Positions 8,414 to 17,401 of a stretch of 64,000 nt of DNA are shown here, in pieces; the first letter of the stretch is position 1, and every line of letters begins with the position of its first letter. Position numbers and translations under genes: made by a program. The DNA comes from a virus. Under the pieces are notes generated by a model. It worked only from the letters and a program-made list of their open reading frames with translations, ran no database searches and had not been told where the DNA came from. The stretch covers positions 1 to 64,000 of the IMG/VR virus record IMGVR_UViG_3300005077_000004; one strand, written 5' to 3'.

Positions 8414-9331
8414 TTAGATAGAATCTAAACGAGAAAAATCTGATTTCAGAATCTCTGATTCCCACAAAATAATTAATCGAAAATTATGTTTTCTGGCTAA
8501 GTCAGCTTTCTTTTTATCGTATTCTATTTTCTTCTTTTGTGTATCATTCAATAATCGTTTATTTGGAACCAATTCTTCCGAAAACAATTTTGGATTTCCA
8601 TGCCAATAATCACCATGAACCTCTATTAAAACTTTCTTATCTCTGATCCCAAAATCAAATTGCTTTCTACAGATAATAACGCTATATTCAAAGTTTAAAT
8701 TTCTTCTAAACAATTCCAACCCAACAAGAGTTTCGATTTTATTCATCTTTTGATATCGTTGGTTTTGATTTATATGTGACGCTCTTCCGGCTTTTTGACG
8801 AAGTTTTGAATATTTTTTGGGATCCTCTCTGAACATTCTTTTTTGTGAAAGAGATATCTTATCTTTTATCATCTCTAATTGTTCTATAGATGCGGATTCC
8901 CACCACTCCTTAGCCTTTTGAGACAGCTTCTCTACGGTTTCTTTTGTGTGCATTTTTTTGAAAAATGGATTCTTTTCTCCAACAAATCTCCCCTTTAACG
9001 AATTTGATATTTTTTTCTTAGTTTTTAAATTATGATTTTTATTATAGAATGGATTTCTATTTCCCATTCTACAACATGATCCGCATAGATACTCTTTTTT
9101 ATACAACTTAGACATCAAATTTGAAGAAAATATCAACTTTATTTTTTTAGAACACCGAGAACATTCAACATAAACTTCTTTATTTAAAATGTCTAATCTT
9201 AAAAGAGTTTGACCGTTATTCAATCTATAAAAAGTTTGTCTTCCTCGACCAATTTTTGGTCCAAATATTATATTTTGAATCCATCTATTTTCATCGATAA
9301 ACACTCTAAATTTAGGAATAAAGTGATCCAT
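8414..9331 (-). mobile_element. free-standing homing endonuclease-like gene (Zn-finger + 2 NUMOD3-like motifs + Vsr/PD-(D/E)XK-type nuclease domain)
   Basis: CSRCS...CGSCC. NKNHNLKTKKKISNSLKG and KKMHTKETVEKLSQKAKE (NUMOD3-like). C-terminal VLIEVHGDYWHGNP...LIILWESE resembles the Vsr/EDxHD nuclease core. Visibly more A/T- and Lys-rich than its neighbours. Confidence 0.6.
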
Positions 9332-9394
9332 AAAATTCTCCTTTATATAAAGTATTTATAGGAGTCGGACCACCTTGATAAGAAAATTCCAACA

Positions 9395-10366
9395 TTAATT
9401 ACAACAAATCATTGGTATACCGAAAATATCATTAATATCATCAACACCCGAATAAGATACAGATGATTTCAAACCTTCTTCTATCTGATCAATGAAAAAC
9501 TTCATATCACCCTTATATGAAATCATATGACATACACCTTCAACGTGATGGTTATTCTTTTTGGTTTTCTCACTCGCATTACCATAATACTCTTTATATG
9601 CTTTTCCATCAACTATTCTTATATCTCCGGCAGATTGTTCAAAACCAGAAAACATATTACCCAACATAACATATTTGGTATTCTCAGATGTGTTTAAAGC
9701 AATTGCTATATGACCAATCTCTTTGATAGAACCGTCTGCTATCATAGGTAAATTAGAAACTTTTCCGCAATCTTGAAGAGTTGTTACCATTCTACGGTTA
9801 AATCCCGTAACATTTTTCGTGCTGCAAACCGAACCGCAAGAGATTCCAACCTTTAACACATCAATACAAGACGACTCTTGAAGATACTCAACAGCTTCGG
9901 GTGTACAAATATTTCCAACAATAATCGTAGCATCGGGAAAAATAGACTTCGATTCCTCAGCCATATTCCTCGCAAATTCAGAGTATGCATTCGCGACATC
10001 AATTGTGATATACGATATCTTCAACCCACATCGTCGCATTTCTAACAAAAGATTTTTGTCGTGACTTTTCACACCAACCGAAATAGATGCAAACAGAGAA
10101 GATCCCATAAATTCTAAGAATTCAAAATATTCTCTCTGATCTAATGAAAATCTATGCATAATATAAAACATTCCGAGATCCGCAAGATAACGACATGTGT
10201 TATAATCAACAACAGATTGCATATTTGCTGGAATCACAGGATTTCTAAACTCTCTCGGACCTATCTTTACAGAAATCTTACACGCGGATCTACTTTCGAC
10301 AATACATCTTTGGGGAACCAAATATACATCTTCATAATTAAATTCTCTACGAATTATATCTTCCAC
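9395..10366 (-). CDS. guaC: GMP reductase (IMPDH/GMPR family, B. subtilis GuaC-like short form)
   Basis: FNYEDVYLVPQRCIVESRS...PVIPANMQSVVD, ITIDVANAYSE, catalytic-loop GISCGSVCSTKNVTGF, IADGSI. About 320 aa with no CBS insert. Confidence 0.8.
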   Translation of the reverse strand: MEDIIRREFNYEDVYLVPQRCIVESRSACKISVKIGPREFRNPVIPANMQSVVDYNTCRYLADLGMFYIMHRFSLDQREYFEFLEFMGSSLFASISVGVKSHDKNLLLEMRRCGLKISYITIDVANAYSEFARNMAEESKSIFPDATIIVGNICTPEAVEYLQESSCIDVLKVGISCGSVCSTKNVTGFNRRMVTTLQDCGKVSNLPMIADGSIKEIGHIAIALNTSENTKYVMLGNMFSGFEQSAGDIRIVDGKAYKEYYGNASEKTKKNNHHVEGVCHMISYKGDMKFFIDQIEEGLKSSVSYSGVDDINDIFGIPMICCN

Positions 10367-10462
10367 GAATATCTCCTTTCAGTAAATATTATACACAAAC
10401 AAAGGATAAAGTCAAGATCGAAGACCTAAATAATATATCAGTCACATCAATAAGGGGAATCA

Positions 10463-10852
10463 ATGTTCGGACGATATAAAAAGAATCAGAGAATTTTCGG
10501 TCACGCATCTCAGATTTACCATGAGATCAAAGGATCTCCCAAAGGAATCTTCATAAGAGAGCTTTGGGAAGACAATAAGAAGAAAGAAGAATCTCCAAAA
10601 AAGAACATGCACGAAGAACAAGCACAGGTAAAATATATTGAAGTCGCTGCCAAAGCGAACCAATCGATCCGAATGAAGTTAGAAAAAGCATTGAATAAAC
10701 TTCGCAAAGGAAGCAAAATCTTATCCTATCGTATTCGACCAACAGTCACGCTTCTAAAGGTTGATCCAAAAAATATCGATGATGTGGTTCAGATTCTAGA
10801 AAAGAATGGGTTCTCTGACTATGGGGTCTACGATAAGCCATTCGAGAAATAA
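10463..10852 (+). CDS. hypothetical protein (129 aa)
   Basis: ORF coupled to the next gene (TAATG at 10850-10854). Confidence 0.5.
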   Translation: MFGRYKKNQRIFGHASQIYHEIKGSPKGIFIRELWEDNKKKEESPKKNMHEEQAQVKYIEVAAKANQSIRMKLEKALNKLRKGSKILSYRIRPTVTLLKVDPKNIDDVVQILEKNGFSDYGVYDKPFEK

Positions 10853-11625
10853 TGTACGCAAAGAAAACCAGAGAAGTAAGACTATCTCAAAAAGAAATAA
10901 AGAAGAAGAGTCAATCCTCTTCGAAGGTTGAATTCCGCTTTATCGGTACACCACGGAGCGGGATGAACACCATTGCAAAGTGGATGTTATCCAACTTCAA
11001 GGGATATTCGTTTTACTCTACAAAACCTCTGGATACGATTCCAACAGATACGGAATTTTATACCAATCTAATCAAGAGAATCGTCACCAACAAAAAGAAT
11101 CTGATTGCACGAAATAAAGGTGATAGTGTCGGAGTCGGATTCTGCTGGGACGGATTCCCGATTCAGAAGTGCATCCGTACACCCTCTGTTCAACCAACCA
11201 GATTCAACGTCTTGGTTCTCCGAGATCCATTCAATCAATTTGCCAGCATTGAGAAGACAACCAACGTTTGGGAGAAGAGAAACTTAACCGCAAGAGAGTA
11301 TATAAAACTCCGAGAGTTGTGGATCTCCCACGCACAAGTATTCAAAAACAAAAACGAGATATGGGATGGAAAAGTCCTTCGCATACTCTTTGATCGTTGG
11401 GTTACAGATCCAGACTACCGAAAGGAAATTCTGAACGTAGCTAGTCCATTCCTCGGACCCATAACTCTAGACATTGATAAAAAGTATTCACCAACTCCGT
11501 TCGATAACATCTCAGTCATGAAACGCTTCGACGATATGATGAAGCACTCTCTAGTATGTCGAGCGATATATCAAGACACAACCATCAAAACATTCTGCAC
11601 CAAAATATTCGGATGGTCAAAATAA
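10852..11625 (+). CDS. sulfotransferase-like protein
   Basis: 5'-PSB-like FIGTPRSGMNTI and 3'-PB-like VLVLRDPFNQFAS motifs. Confidence 0.5.
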   Translation: MYAKKTREVRLSQKEIKKKSQSSSKVEFRFIGTPRSGMNTIAKWMLSNFKGYSFYSTKPLDTIPTDTEFYTNLIKRIVTNKKNLIARNKGDSVGVGFCWDGFPIQKCIRTPSVQPTRFNVLVLRDPFNQFASIEKTTNVWEKRNLTAREYIKLRELWISHAQVFKNKNEIWDGKVLRILFDRWVTDPDYRKEILNVASPFLGPITLDIDKKYSPTPFDNISVMKRFDDMMKHSLVCRAIYQDTTIKTFCTKIFGWSK

Positions 11626-11684
11626 TATCCCTACCACAACCTGGAGGACGAAGATAGAAGAGGATGGAAGTGGTAGGGATTCGT

Positions 11685-12062
11685 TTATCGACCTAGTATA
11701 TCTTTAGCTCTTTGAGTTCCCTTCTCAGTCAGACGATATCGAATCTCTCCGTTTTTATCAACAAGAGGTTCTATCTCACCCGACTTCATCAACGAGTTTA
11801 AGGAAAAGTCGATCAGATCTATTTGACAAGCTTCGACAAAATCCTCGAAATCAGAGATGGTTAACCAGTATTTATTTTCTTCATCACGATGATCTTTGAA
11901 GATCTCTTTCCACCGATTGATTTGGTTTTGAACAAACCGCTCTTCAACATAACCGTATCCTTCTTCAAGTGGTTCCAACAGAACCTCAACCACTTCTCGA
12001 AGGTTCTTTTCTTCTATAACATACATTTCCTTATCTTCATTCATCGGTCTCTCCTGTCTCAC
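11685..12062 (-). CDS. hypothetical protein (125 aa)
   Basis: ORF in the minus-strand gene train. Confidence 0.5.
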   Translation of the reverse strand: MRQERPMNEDKEMYVIEEKNLREVVEVLLEPLEEGYGYVEERFVQNQINRWKEIFKDHRDEENKYWLTISDFEDFVEACQIDLIDFSLNSLMKSGEIEPLVDKNGEIRYRLTEKGTQRAKDILGR

Positions 12063-12324
12063 CCGTCTCTTGCAAAATCCATCGCATCGTCGTCAGACTG
12101 AAAAGACACAACAGAGTTACAAAGTTTATTGTCATGACGATTGGTCCGCAAAAGAGAACAACCAAAAAACATCTCAGATATTTCTTCTTTTGATAGGCAA
12201 GCAAAAAACTGTTTTTGACGTCACTCCAAAGAATGGTCCCGATAATCGTCCACGCAATTAAGACAACATAACCCAAAATAAAATACATCGGACTCATATT
12301 TTCCCTTTCTTCAAACCTTGACAA
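12037..12324 (-). CDS. membrane protein (95 aa)
   Basis: Several hydrophobic helices (YFILGYVVLIAWTIIGTILW, FLVVLFCGPIVMTINFVTLLCLF). Confidence 0.45.
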   Translation of the reverse strand: MSRFEERENMSPMYFILGYVVLIAWTIIGTILWSDVKNSFLLAYQKKKYLRCFLVVLFCGPIVMTINFVTLLCLFSLTTMRWILQETGETGETDE

Positions 12325-13109
12325 TACTCAAAAATCTTTGTAGTTTCCCATTCCATAATTGGAATTTTATACCCATGAACTTTCTGCGTGTTGATGTGAA
12401 ATACTCCGAGATCCACATCGTCAAAATCTCCATACCCTTCGGTCTTTAGAATCCATCGATAAATATTCAGTTGTAGTGCGAAATGCCAGTAATTACAATT
12501 ATCCAAATGGTTTAAGAAGAGTAGACCCTTCTTTCCATAAGAATCAACTTTGCTGATTTCTTTGGAGGTTTTCCAATCAAAGACAGCAAAACAATCTCTT
12601 TCTTTATGCTTCATGATCAAGTCCACAGTTCCTGCGAGTAGGATCTTAGGGCTGAAAATAATCTTCTCCGCTTCAACAAAAGTGTAGTGCTTCTCTAACT
12701 CAAGAAGAAACGAATCCAGAACCTTTGACATCTTCTCCTGTCTAGATTCGGTAAATTGCATATCGAATGGAACACCTGACAGTTTGCATTCTGCGTATCG
12801 ATGTATCTGTGTTCCTAAATCACCAGCTTTGTTTTTATTGTCTTCCCACTCTTGGAGAACAATCATTTTCATCTTCATACATTTATTGACTGGTGCGTCT
12901 TCTGTGTTCGAAATACCTTCCTCTTTCATGACCCGCCGACGAGCAACCAGATAAGCCATTTTATCTTTTTCAAATTCGGGGAACAGACTGTGAATAATGT
13001 CTGTAGTAGATCTGTATACATTCCCTTTAGAGTCGAAGTATTTGTGGTTTTCTTCGGAAAACGATATTGATCTACCTTTTGGATTTTTAACTGTTATGAG
13101 GTTCGACAT
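12294..13109 (-). CDS. PD-(D/E)XK (RecB/Cas4-like) exonuclease
   Basis: GTQIHRYAE, GTVDLIM...FAVFDWKTSK (D...DxK) and QLNIYRWIL (QhxxY) motifs in the canonical order. No Cas4-type Cys cluster. Confidence 0.65.
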   Translation of the reverse strand: MSNLITVKNPKGRSISFSEENHKYFDSKGNVYRSTTDIIHSLFPEFEKDKMAYLVARRRVMKEEGISNTEDAPVNKCMKMKMIVLQEWEDNKNKAGDLGTQIHRYAECKLSGVPFDMQFTESRQEKMSKVLDSFLLELEKHYTFVEAEKIIFSPKILLAGTVDLIMKHKERDCFAVFDWKTSKEISKVDSYGKKGLLFLNHLDNCNYWHFALQLNIYRWILKTEGYGDFDDVDLGVFHINTQKVHGYKIPIMEWETTKIFEYCQGLKKGKI

Positions 13110-13407
13110 TTGAAATGTTTTTATCCTTCCACATCCTATACCGTGTTACGATTTGTGTTGCAATAGTTGGAGTCCAAAGAGGAATTATGATCATTAGACC
13201 AATCCAGAAATCAGCTAACATAATCACTATAGGGAAAACGACAATCATCCCAAAAACCAATAGACCGAATACTAGAGAAAGTAACCAATCGTGTACATCA
13301 TTCCTAGCTACACGTTCATAATCCTCAAAATCACCAACACCTTTGGCAATCCTCTCTTCCGACATTCTCAAACTTTGAGCTTTTATTCTTGCCGTATATG
13401 CATCCAT
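13087..13407 (-). CDS. membrane protein (106 aa)
   Basis: Two adjacent hydrophobic helices. Confidence 0.5.
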   Translation of the reverse strand: MDAYTARIKAQSLRMSEERIAKGVGDFEDYERVARNDVHDWLLSLVFGLLVFGMIVVFPIVIMLADFWIGLMIIIPLWTPTIATQIVTRYRMWKDKNISNVEPHNS

Positions 13408-13459
13408 TCTAATTCTCCTGTAGATCGTATTTTAACAGATAGAAATCATTTGTCAAGTG

Positions 13460-13807
13460 TTATCGCTTCTTTGGGAAGAAAGGAATCGGCTTCAATCCCC
13501 GAGACATTCGAAATTGATTTCCGGGATCCGAATAATAATATGGCAGCGAATTATAGTAACGGGTTACTGTCGGTGTCTGGTAAACCCTCGGAGGAAGAGG
13601 AGTCACCAGATATCGTCGCGGCTCATGATGCTTAGGGGGGATATAGACCGGAGGATAGTATCGATACGGCTGAGGACACGGCTTCACAATGGGTCGTGTT
13701 GGATGATAAATCGGACGATGGTGACAGGAATCATCACGCATAATCAAGACACTATCACAACCAGAAAGAACCAAGACTGAAACCAGAACCAGCAAAAACT
13801 TCTTCAT
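13460..13807 (-). CDS. Pro/Tyr-rich lipoprotein
   Basis: Signal peptide MKKFLLVLVSVLVLSGC with lipobox LSGC. Confidence 0.6.
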   Translation of the reverse strand: MKKFLLVLVSVLVLSGCDSVLIMRDDSCHHRPIYHPTRPIVKPCPQPYRYYPPVYIPPKHHEPRRYLVTPLPPRVYQTPTVTRYYNSLPYYYSDPGNQFRMSRGLKPIPFFPKKR

Positions 13808-13816
13808 CGTGTTCTC

Positions 13817-14473
13817 CTAAAGTTCAATCACAATTGGATTGTTCAACGGTTCATACTCTTCTGTACAAATAGAAGCATTGACGTACTGAACATTATTTCC
13901 ATTTTGAGATTCTGACTGACTCACCCCATAAGAATAATGAATATGACCGAAAATATGAACCTTCAATTGATGAAGATTCGAAATTCTTTCTCGGAGATCT
14001 TCACATCCAATTTTCTCCACTTCCTCAGTTCGATCCAGAATTCCCATCGGTGGACAATGGGTTATGAGAACATCTGTATCATTCGGGATCAAAGACCAAA
14101 CCCTTTGAAGTTCAGTTCCACGAGGAAGATTGAATGCCCAACTACAGAAAAATGGTTGCCATGGGGAACCATAAAACTTAATACCGTCGATCACAGATAC
14201 TTCATCTTGAAGATAAACTATATCAGTCATCAACTCCTCTCGACAATAAAAAGAATCTTGGTTTTGTAGACACCGATCATGGTTGCCTGCAACAAAAATC
14301 TTATGCTTGTGGGGAAGATTCTTAAACCATGCATAGAACGCTTCCAACTCTAAGAGATGTCCATACCCACAAGCATCTCCTGCGAAGATCAGGACGTCAC
14401 CCGAAGGGATATCAATCTTAGAGTGATTACCGTGAGTATCAGATAGACAGACGATTCGCATTCCATCCTCCAC
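13817..14473 (-). CDS. calcineurin-like metallophosphoesterase (MPPED/239FB-like)
   Basis: LSDTHGNH, FAGDA, AGNHD, ITHCPP, FGHIH motifs in order. Confidence 0.75.
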   Translation of the reverse strand: MEDGMRIVCLSDTHGNHSKIDIPSGDVLIFAGDACGYGHLLELEAFYAWFKNLPHKHKIFVAGNHDRCLQNQDSFYCREELMTDIVYLQDEVSVIDGIKFYGSPWQPFFCSWAFNLPRGTELQRVWSLIPNDTDVLITHCPPMGILDRTEEVEKIGCEDLRERISNLHQLKVHIFGHIHYSYGVSQSESQNGNNVQYVNASICTEEYEPLNNPIVIEL

Positions 14474-14477
14474 AAAA

Positions 14478-14630
14478 TTAATACTTAATAACCCAATAGA
14501 TCACATAGAACCAGGAACAGATGGCATGGAGAATCGCCCAACCAACACTATGATTGACCGACCAGCTACAAATAACAGCAATCACAGATCCAAGACCAAC
14601 TCCACTACTCGTTTGCGAAGAATTACTCAT
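14478..14630 (-). CDS. small membrane protein (50 aa, hand-translated, below the ORF-track cutoff)
   Basis: ATG preceded by AAGGGGA. Sequence MSNSSQTSSGVGLGSVIAVICSWSVNHSVGWAILHAICSWFYVIYWVIKY. Fills an otherwise empty gap. Confidence 0.45.
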   Translation of the reverse strand: MSNSSQTSSGVGLGSVIAVICSWSVNHSVGWAILHAICSWFYVIYWVIKY

Positions 14631-14651
14631 TTCTAGTTCCCCTTATTTTTA

Positions 14652-14834
14652 TTAAGAAGGTCTCTGACAAACACCATTCTCGATCAGAGCGGAAGCGTTT
14701 CGACCATACCATCCCTGAAGCTTCCAACACATTCCGGTATCGATCAGATACTGCCACGCGGCAATGATTTCCTCTTCCGTATGCTCCTCACCGTCGAACC
14801 CTTCCACAATCGCGCACGCATCATACAGTGTCAT
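14652..14834 (-). CDS. hypothetical protein (60 aa)
   Basis: ORF overlapping the upstream stop by 4 nt. Confidence 0.45.
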   Translation of the reverse strand: MTLYDACAIVEGFDGEEHTEEEIIAAWQYLIDTGMCWKLQGWYGRNASALIENGVCQRPS

Positions 14835-15067
14835 ACGATCTCCTTTGCCTTTTCAATGTGACTGCAACTCTTGCGATATTGAAACCCAGGACATTCACAC
14901 TCCCAACTCCCATCCGTATACTGAAATACTTTGTACGTTTTATTTGGATCTTTTCCGCTTGGGATGTTGAAAACTCTAGTCGATAGACGTTTGGGTTCGG
15001 ACATTCGTAAACTCCTTATCGACTGGAAGATCCCCTCTCTGTATGAGAGTCTTTCTTCGATCTTCAA
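14831..15067 (-). CDS. SWIM zinc-finger protein
   Basis: CECPGFQYRKSCSHI matches CxCx(n)CxH. Confidence 0.6.
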   Translation of the reverse strand: MKIEERLSYREGIFQSIRSLRMSEPKRLSTRVFNIPSGKDPNKTYKVFQYTDGSWECECPGFQYRKSCSHIEKAKEIV

Positions 15068-15127
15068 GAACGAGCTTCAAAGAAAGAGGTCTACGCTTCG
15101 CAACTTCTGCTTTGTCGAAATTCATCT

Positions 15128-15379
15128 TTACTCCTCCAGGAGTTCCGACATCATGGAATCCAGAGCGGTGTAGTCGAGATCCTCTTCCATCCACGGCACC
15201 CCGTCCGGAGTCTCGCCATCGTTCAACTCTAGAGACTGGATGAAGCTTCTGTACGCATCAGTCTCCTCGTCATAGTTCTGCATGAATTCGACTGCCGCAG
15301 TGTACAGTTCGTAATCGTTTCCGATCCACAGAGCACAGTTCCAGGTTTCGTAGTTCTTCCATCCGTTGTACATGATCAT
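15128..15379 (-). CDS. hypothetical acidic protein (83 aa)
   Basis: The NYETWNCALWIGND block has the feel of a recurrent phage small-protein family, but I cannot name the family. Confidence 0.5.
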   Translation of the reverse strand: MIMYNGWKNYETWNCALWIGNDYELYTAAVEFMQNYDEETDAYRSFIQSLELNDGETPDGVPWMEEDLDYTALDSMMSELLEE

Positions 15380-15573
15380 CCTTTCAAATTACGGGAACAA
15401 TCTCAACATCAACCCGACCAGGGACATTCGCGACAACAACTACTCGCTTTCCGAAGATTGCATCCAGGTTTCAAACAGACTTTATCAATGATCTCTTTCA
15501 CGATTTTGTCTTTCCTGCTTTATACAGAGAGATCACCTTCGCATCTCCACCCCGAGGTCCATCAATGATGTCT

Positions 15574-15915
15574 CTATTTGGGTTTGCCAGCAGCGGGGGC
15601 GAGGTCGAGGACATACCGACCCCGATACGGACAGTCCTTTGTATGTATCGCTGTCGGGTTCACCCTTGTTGGATGCACATAGATTCCACACGAACAGGTA
15701 TAGTCCTCCGGCATAGGAGTGCCTTTGTTCCATACAGGGTCAGGACCGGGGCTAAAAAAGGTATTCATTGGTTTTCCTTTTCCGAAGATTGCATCCAGGT
15801 TATCCAGAGCCGACTTCCGAGACTTGTAGTTCTGAAACAAGCGTCCATCAGAGAAGAGATTCCAGGGGCGAGAGGGGAACATCGGTCGAACTTCTTTTCG
15901 GATTGAGATCAGCAT
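15574..15915 (-). CDS. hypothetical protein (113 aa)
   Basis: Chosen over the equally long plus-strand ORF because of strand context and more protein-like composition. Confidence 0.45.
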   Translation of the reverse strand: MLISIRKEVRPMFPSRPWNLFSDGRLFQNYKSRKSALDNLDAIFGKGKPMNTFFSPGPDPVWNKGTPMPEDYTCSCGIYVHPTRVNPTAIHTKDCPYRGRYVLDLAPAAGKPK

Positions 15916-16217
15916 CTTTTCCCCTTTCGATCTTCATCCTCACAATTTAAGTATACATCATAAAACCCCTATGTCAAATCCTAAATTTTATTTTTATCAG
16001 GATATCAAATAAAGACTTATAAGAATTAAGGAGAATTTTCTTCCATCATCTCCGGTTCGTTCTGAGGAGTCAGATTGTTATATTCTCCAAATCCTCTACC
16101 CTCTGTTGTGGCAATATGAGCTAACGTAACTAACGTTAGAAATATGCCCCCAAGCAATAACAATCAAAACTTTGAGCATGAAATTTGACCCATTCTTCTG
16201 AGACATAGGATTCCTTT

Positions 16218-16364
16218 CTATTCAGTATCATCTTCTGTGTCTTCGCCCTGCCAATACTCTTGAGCATAAAAATTGTACTCTGGAAGAACCATGTCCTCTT
16301 CGTAAATCCAATCTTCAACATTTTGGAAGATCATATTCTCGGGAGGAAATTCGTCCTCATTCAT
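16218..16364 (-). CDS. small acidic protein (48 aa)
   Basis: Internal start MNEDEF overlaps the upstream stop by 8 nt. Confidence 0.35.
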   Translation of the reverse strand: MNEDEFPPENMIFQNVEDWIYEEDMVLPEYNFYAQEYWQGEDTEDDTE

Positions 16365-17001
16365 CTCGGTCTTCCTTATGATGATCAACAGGTTTGAAAG
16401 TCTTCTTCGACATTTCTTCTTTAACTTGGGAAAATGATATCGGAGTAAAGTTCCAGGCATCAACACCAACATCGAATGACCTGGAATGCGTTAGAAGTTC
16501 TCCCACCAATCCGCTGTACGAATGTAGGTCTTCGTTTTTTCCCAACGTGTTATGACTGTGACCGAACAAGTGAAACGAACCATGGTGCGATTTATGCCAT
16601 ACGACGAGGGCATAATGACACAAGATGATTGTCTGGTCTTGAAAACATTTTACGTTCAGAATATCATACACACCTTGCCAACCCAACGCTTTTGTTGTTC
16701 CACTGGAATCATGATTTCCAACAATCAAATACTTCATCCCATTCAACCTACTCAGCATCTGCTCGGTCTCTTTGATTTGTCTTCCGGTGTTCTTTTCTTG
16801 ATGAAACATGAAGTCACCGAGATGAAAGATAATATCCTTCGGTCGAACCACACGATTCCAATTGGATATAATCGTCTCGTTCATTTCAGTAATATCTTTG
16901 AATGGACGAAAACAATATCGGATGATGTTATGATGTGAGAAATGGGAATCAGATGTGAAGAACACATTCTGAGTTTCATTTCCAACTCTAATCTTCTGCA
17001 T
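16357..17001 (-). CDS. metallophosphoesterase (phage phosphatase family)
   Basis: FFTSDSHFSHHN, HLGDF, VGNHD, FGHSHN. Start placed at MQKIRV. Confidence 0.7.
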   Translation of the reverse strand: MQKIRVGNETQNVFFTSDSHFSHHNIIRYCFRPFKDITEMNETIISNWNRVVRPKDIIFHLGDFMFHQEKNTGRQIKETEQMLSRLNGMKYLIVGNHDSSGTTKALGWQGVYDILNVKCFQDQTIILCHYALVVWHKSHHGSFHLFGHSHNTLGKNEDLHSYSGLVGELLTHSRSFDVGVDAWNFTPISFSQVKEEMSKKTFKPVDHHKEDRDE

Positions 17002-17176
17002 TGCTACCGTATCTCCTAATCCATATCTGTGCAAACTTGGATGCTTCAATAAACTTACCAGCATCCATACACTCGTTAATCTTGTTATTCAATTCCTGTT
17101 TTGACATTTTGGATGCTTGTCTGAGAGTTTCGAGAAACAACATCTGATCATTCATCACCTGGGGAGATTCAACCAT
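16988..17176 (-). CDS. hypothetical protein (62 aa)
   Basis: ORF in the gene train. Confidence 0.45.
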   Translation of the reverse strand: MVESPQVMNDQMLFLETLRQASKMSKQELNNKINECMDAGKFIEASKFAQIWIRRYGSNAED

Positions 17177-17179
17177 GAC

Positions 17180-17401
17180 TTACCCTTTCATCTGCATAGG
17201 TTCCATCTTCGTATTCAAAAGCTCAACAATTCGCTTCTGCTCTTCTTCACTGTATCGTCCGTCGATTAACATCAAACACTGCGACTCTTCCGACTGAATC
17301 AGTGTCTTCTTTTCATCCTTGGTCATGTAGATAAGGATGGGAGTATCCGGTGTTGCAACTTGGAGACACCGACCTTTCTTATCTAGAAAGCGAACAATCA
17401 T
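17180..17401 (-). CDS. hypothetical protein (73 aa)
   Basis: ORF with a 4-nt overlap with the upstream gene. Confidence 0.5.
   Translation of the reverse strand: MIVRFLDKKGRCLQVATPDTPILIYMTKDEKKTLIQSEESQCLMLIDGRYSEEEQKRIVELLNTKMEPMQMKG

Noticed and set aside
15565-15906. 113-aa plus-strand ORF of the same length as the minus-strand ORF
   Set aside because: The strand choice is genuinely uncertain. I chose minus because of the surrounding minus-strand gene train and less Arg/Cys-skewed composition. Coding-potential scoring or homology is needed to settle it.
16136-16321. 61-aa minus-strand ORF
   Set aside because: It overlaps the small acidic ORF in another frame and runs into a likely intergenic region. 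Its composition is unconvincing.
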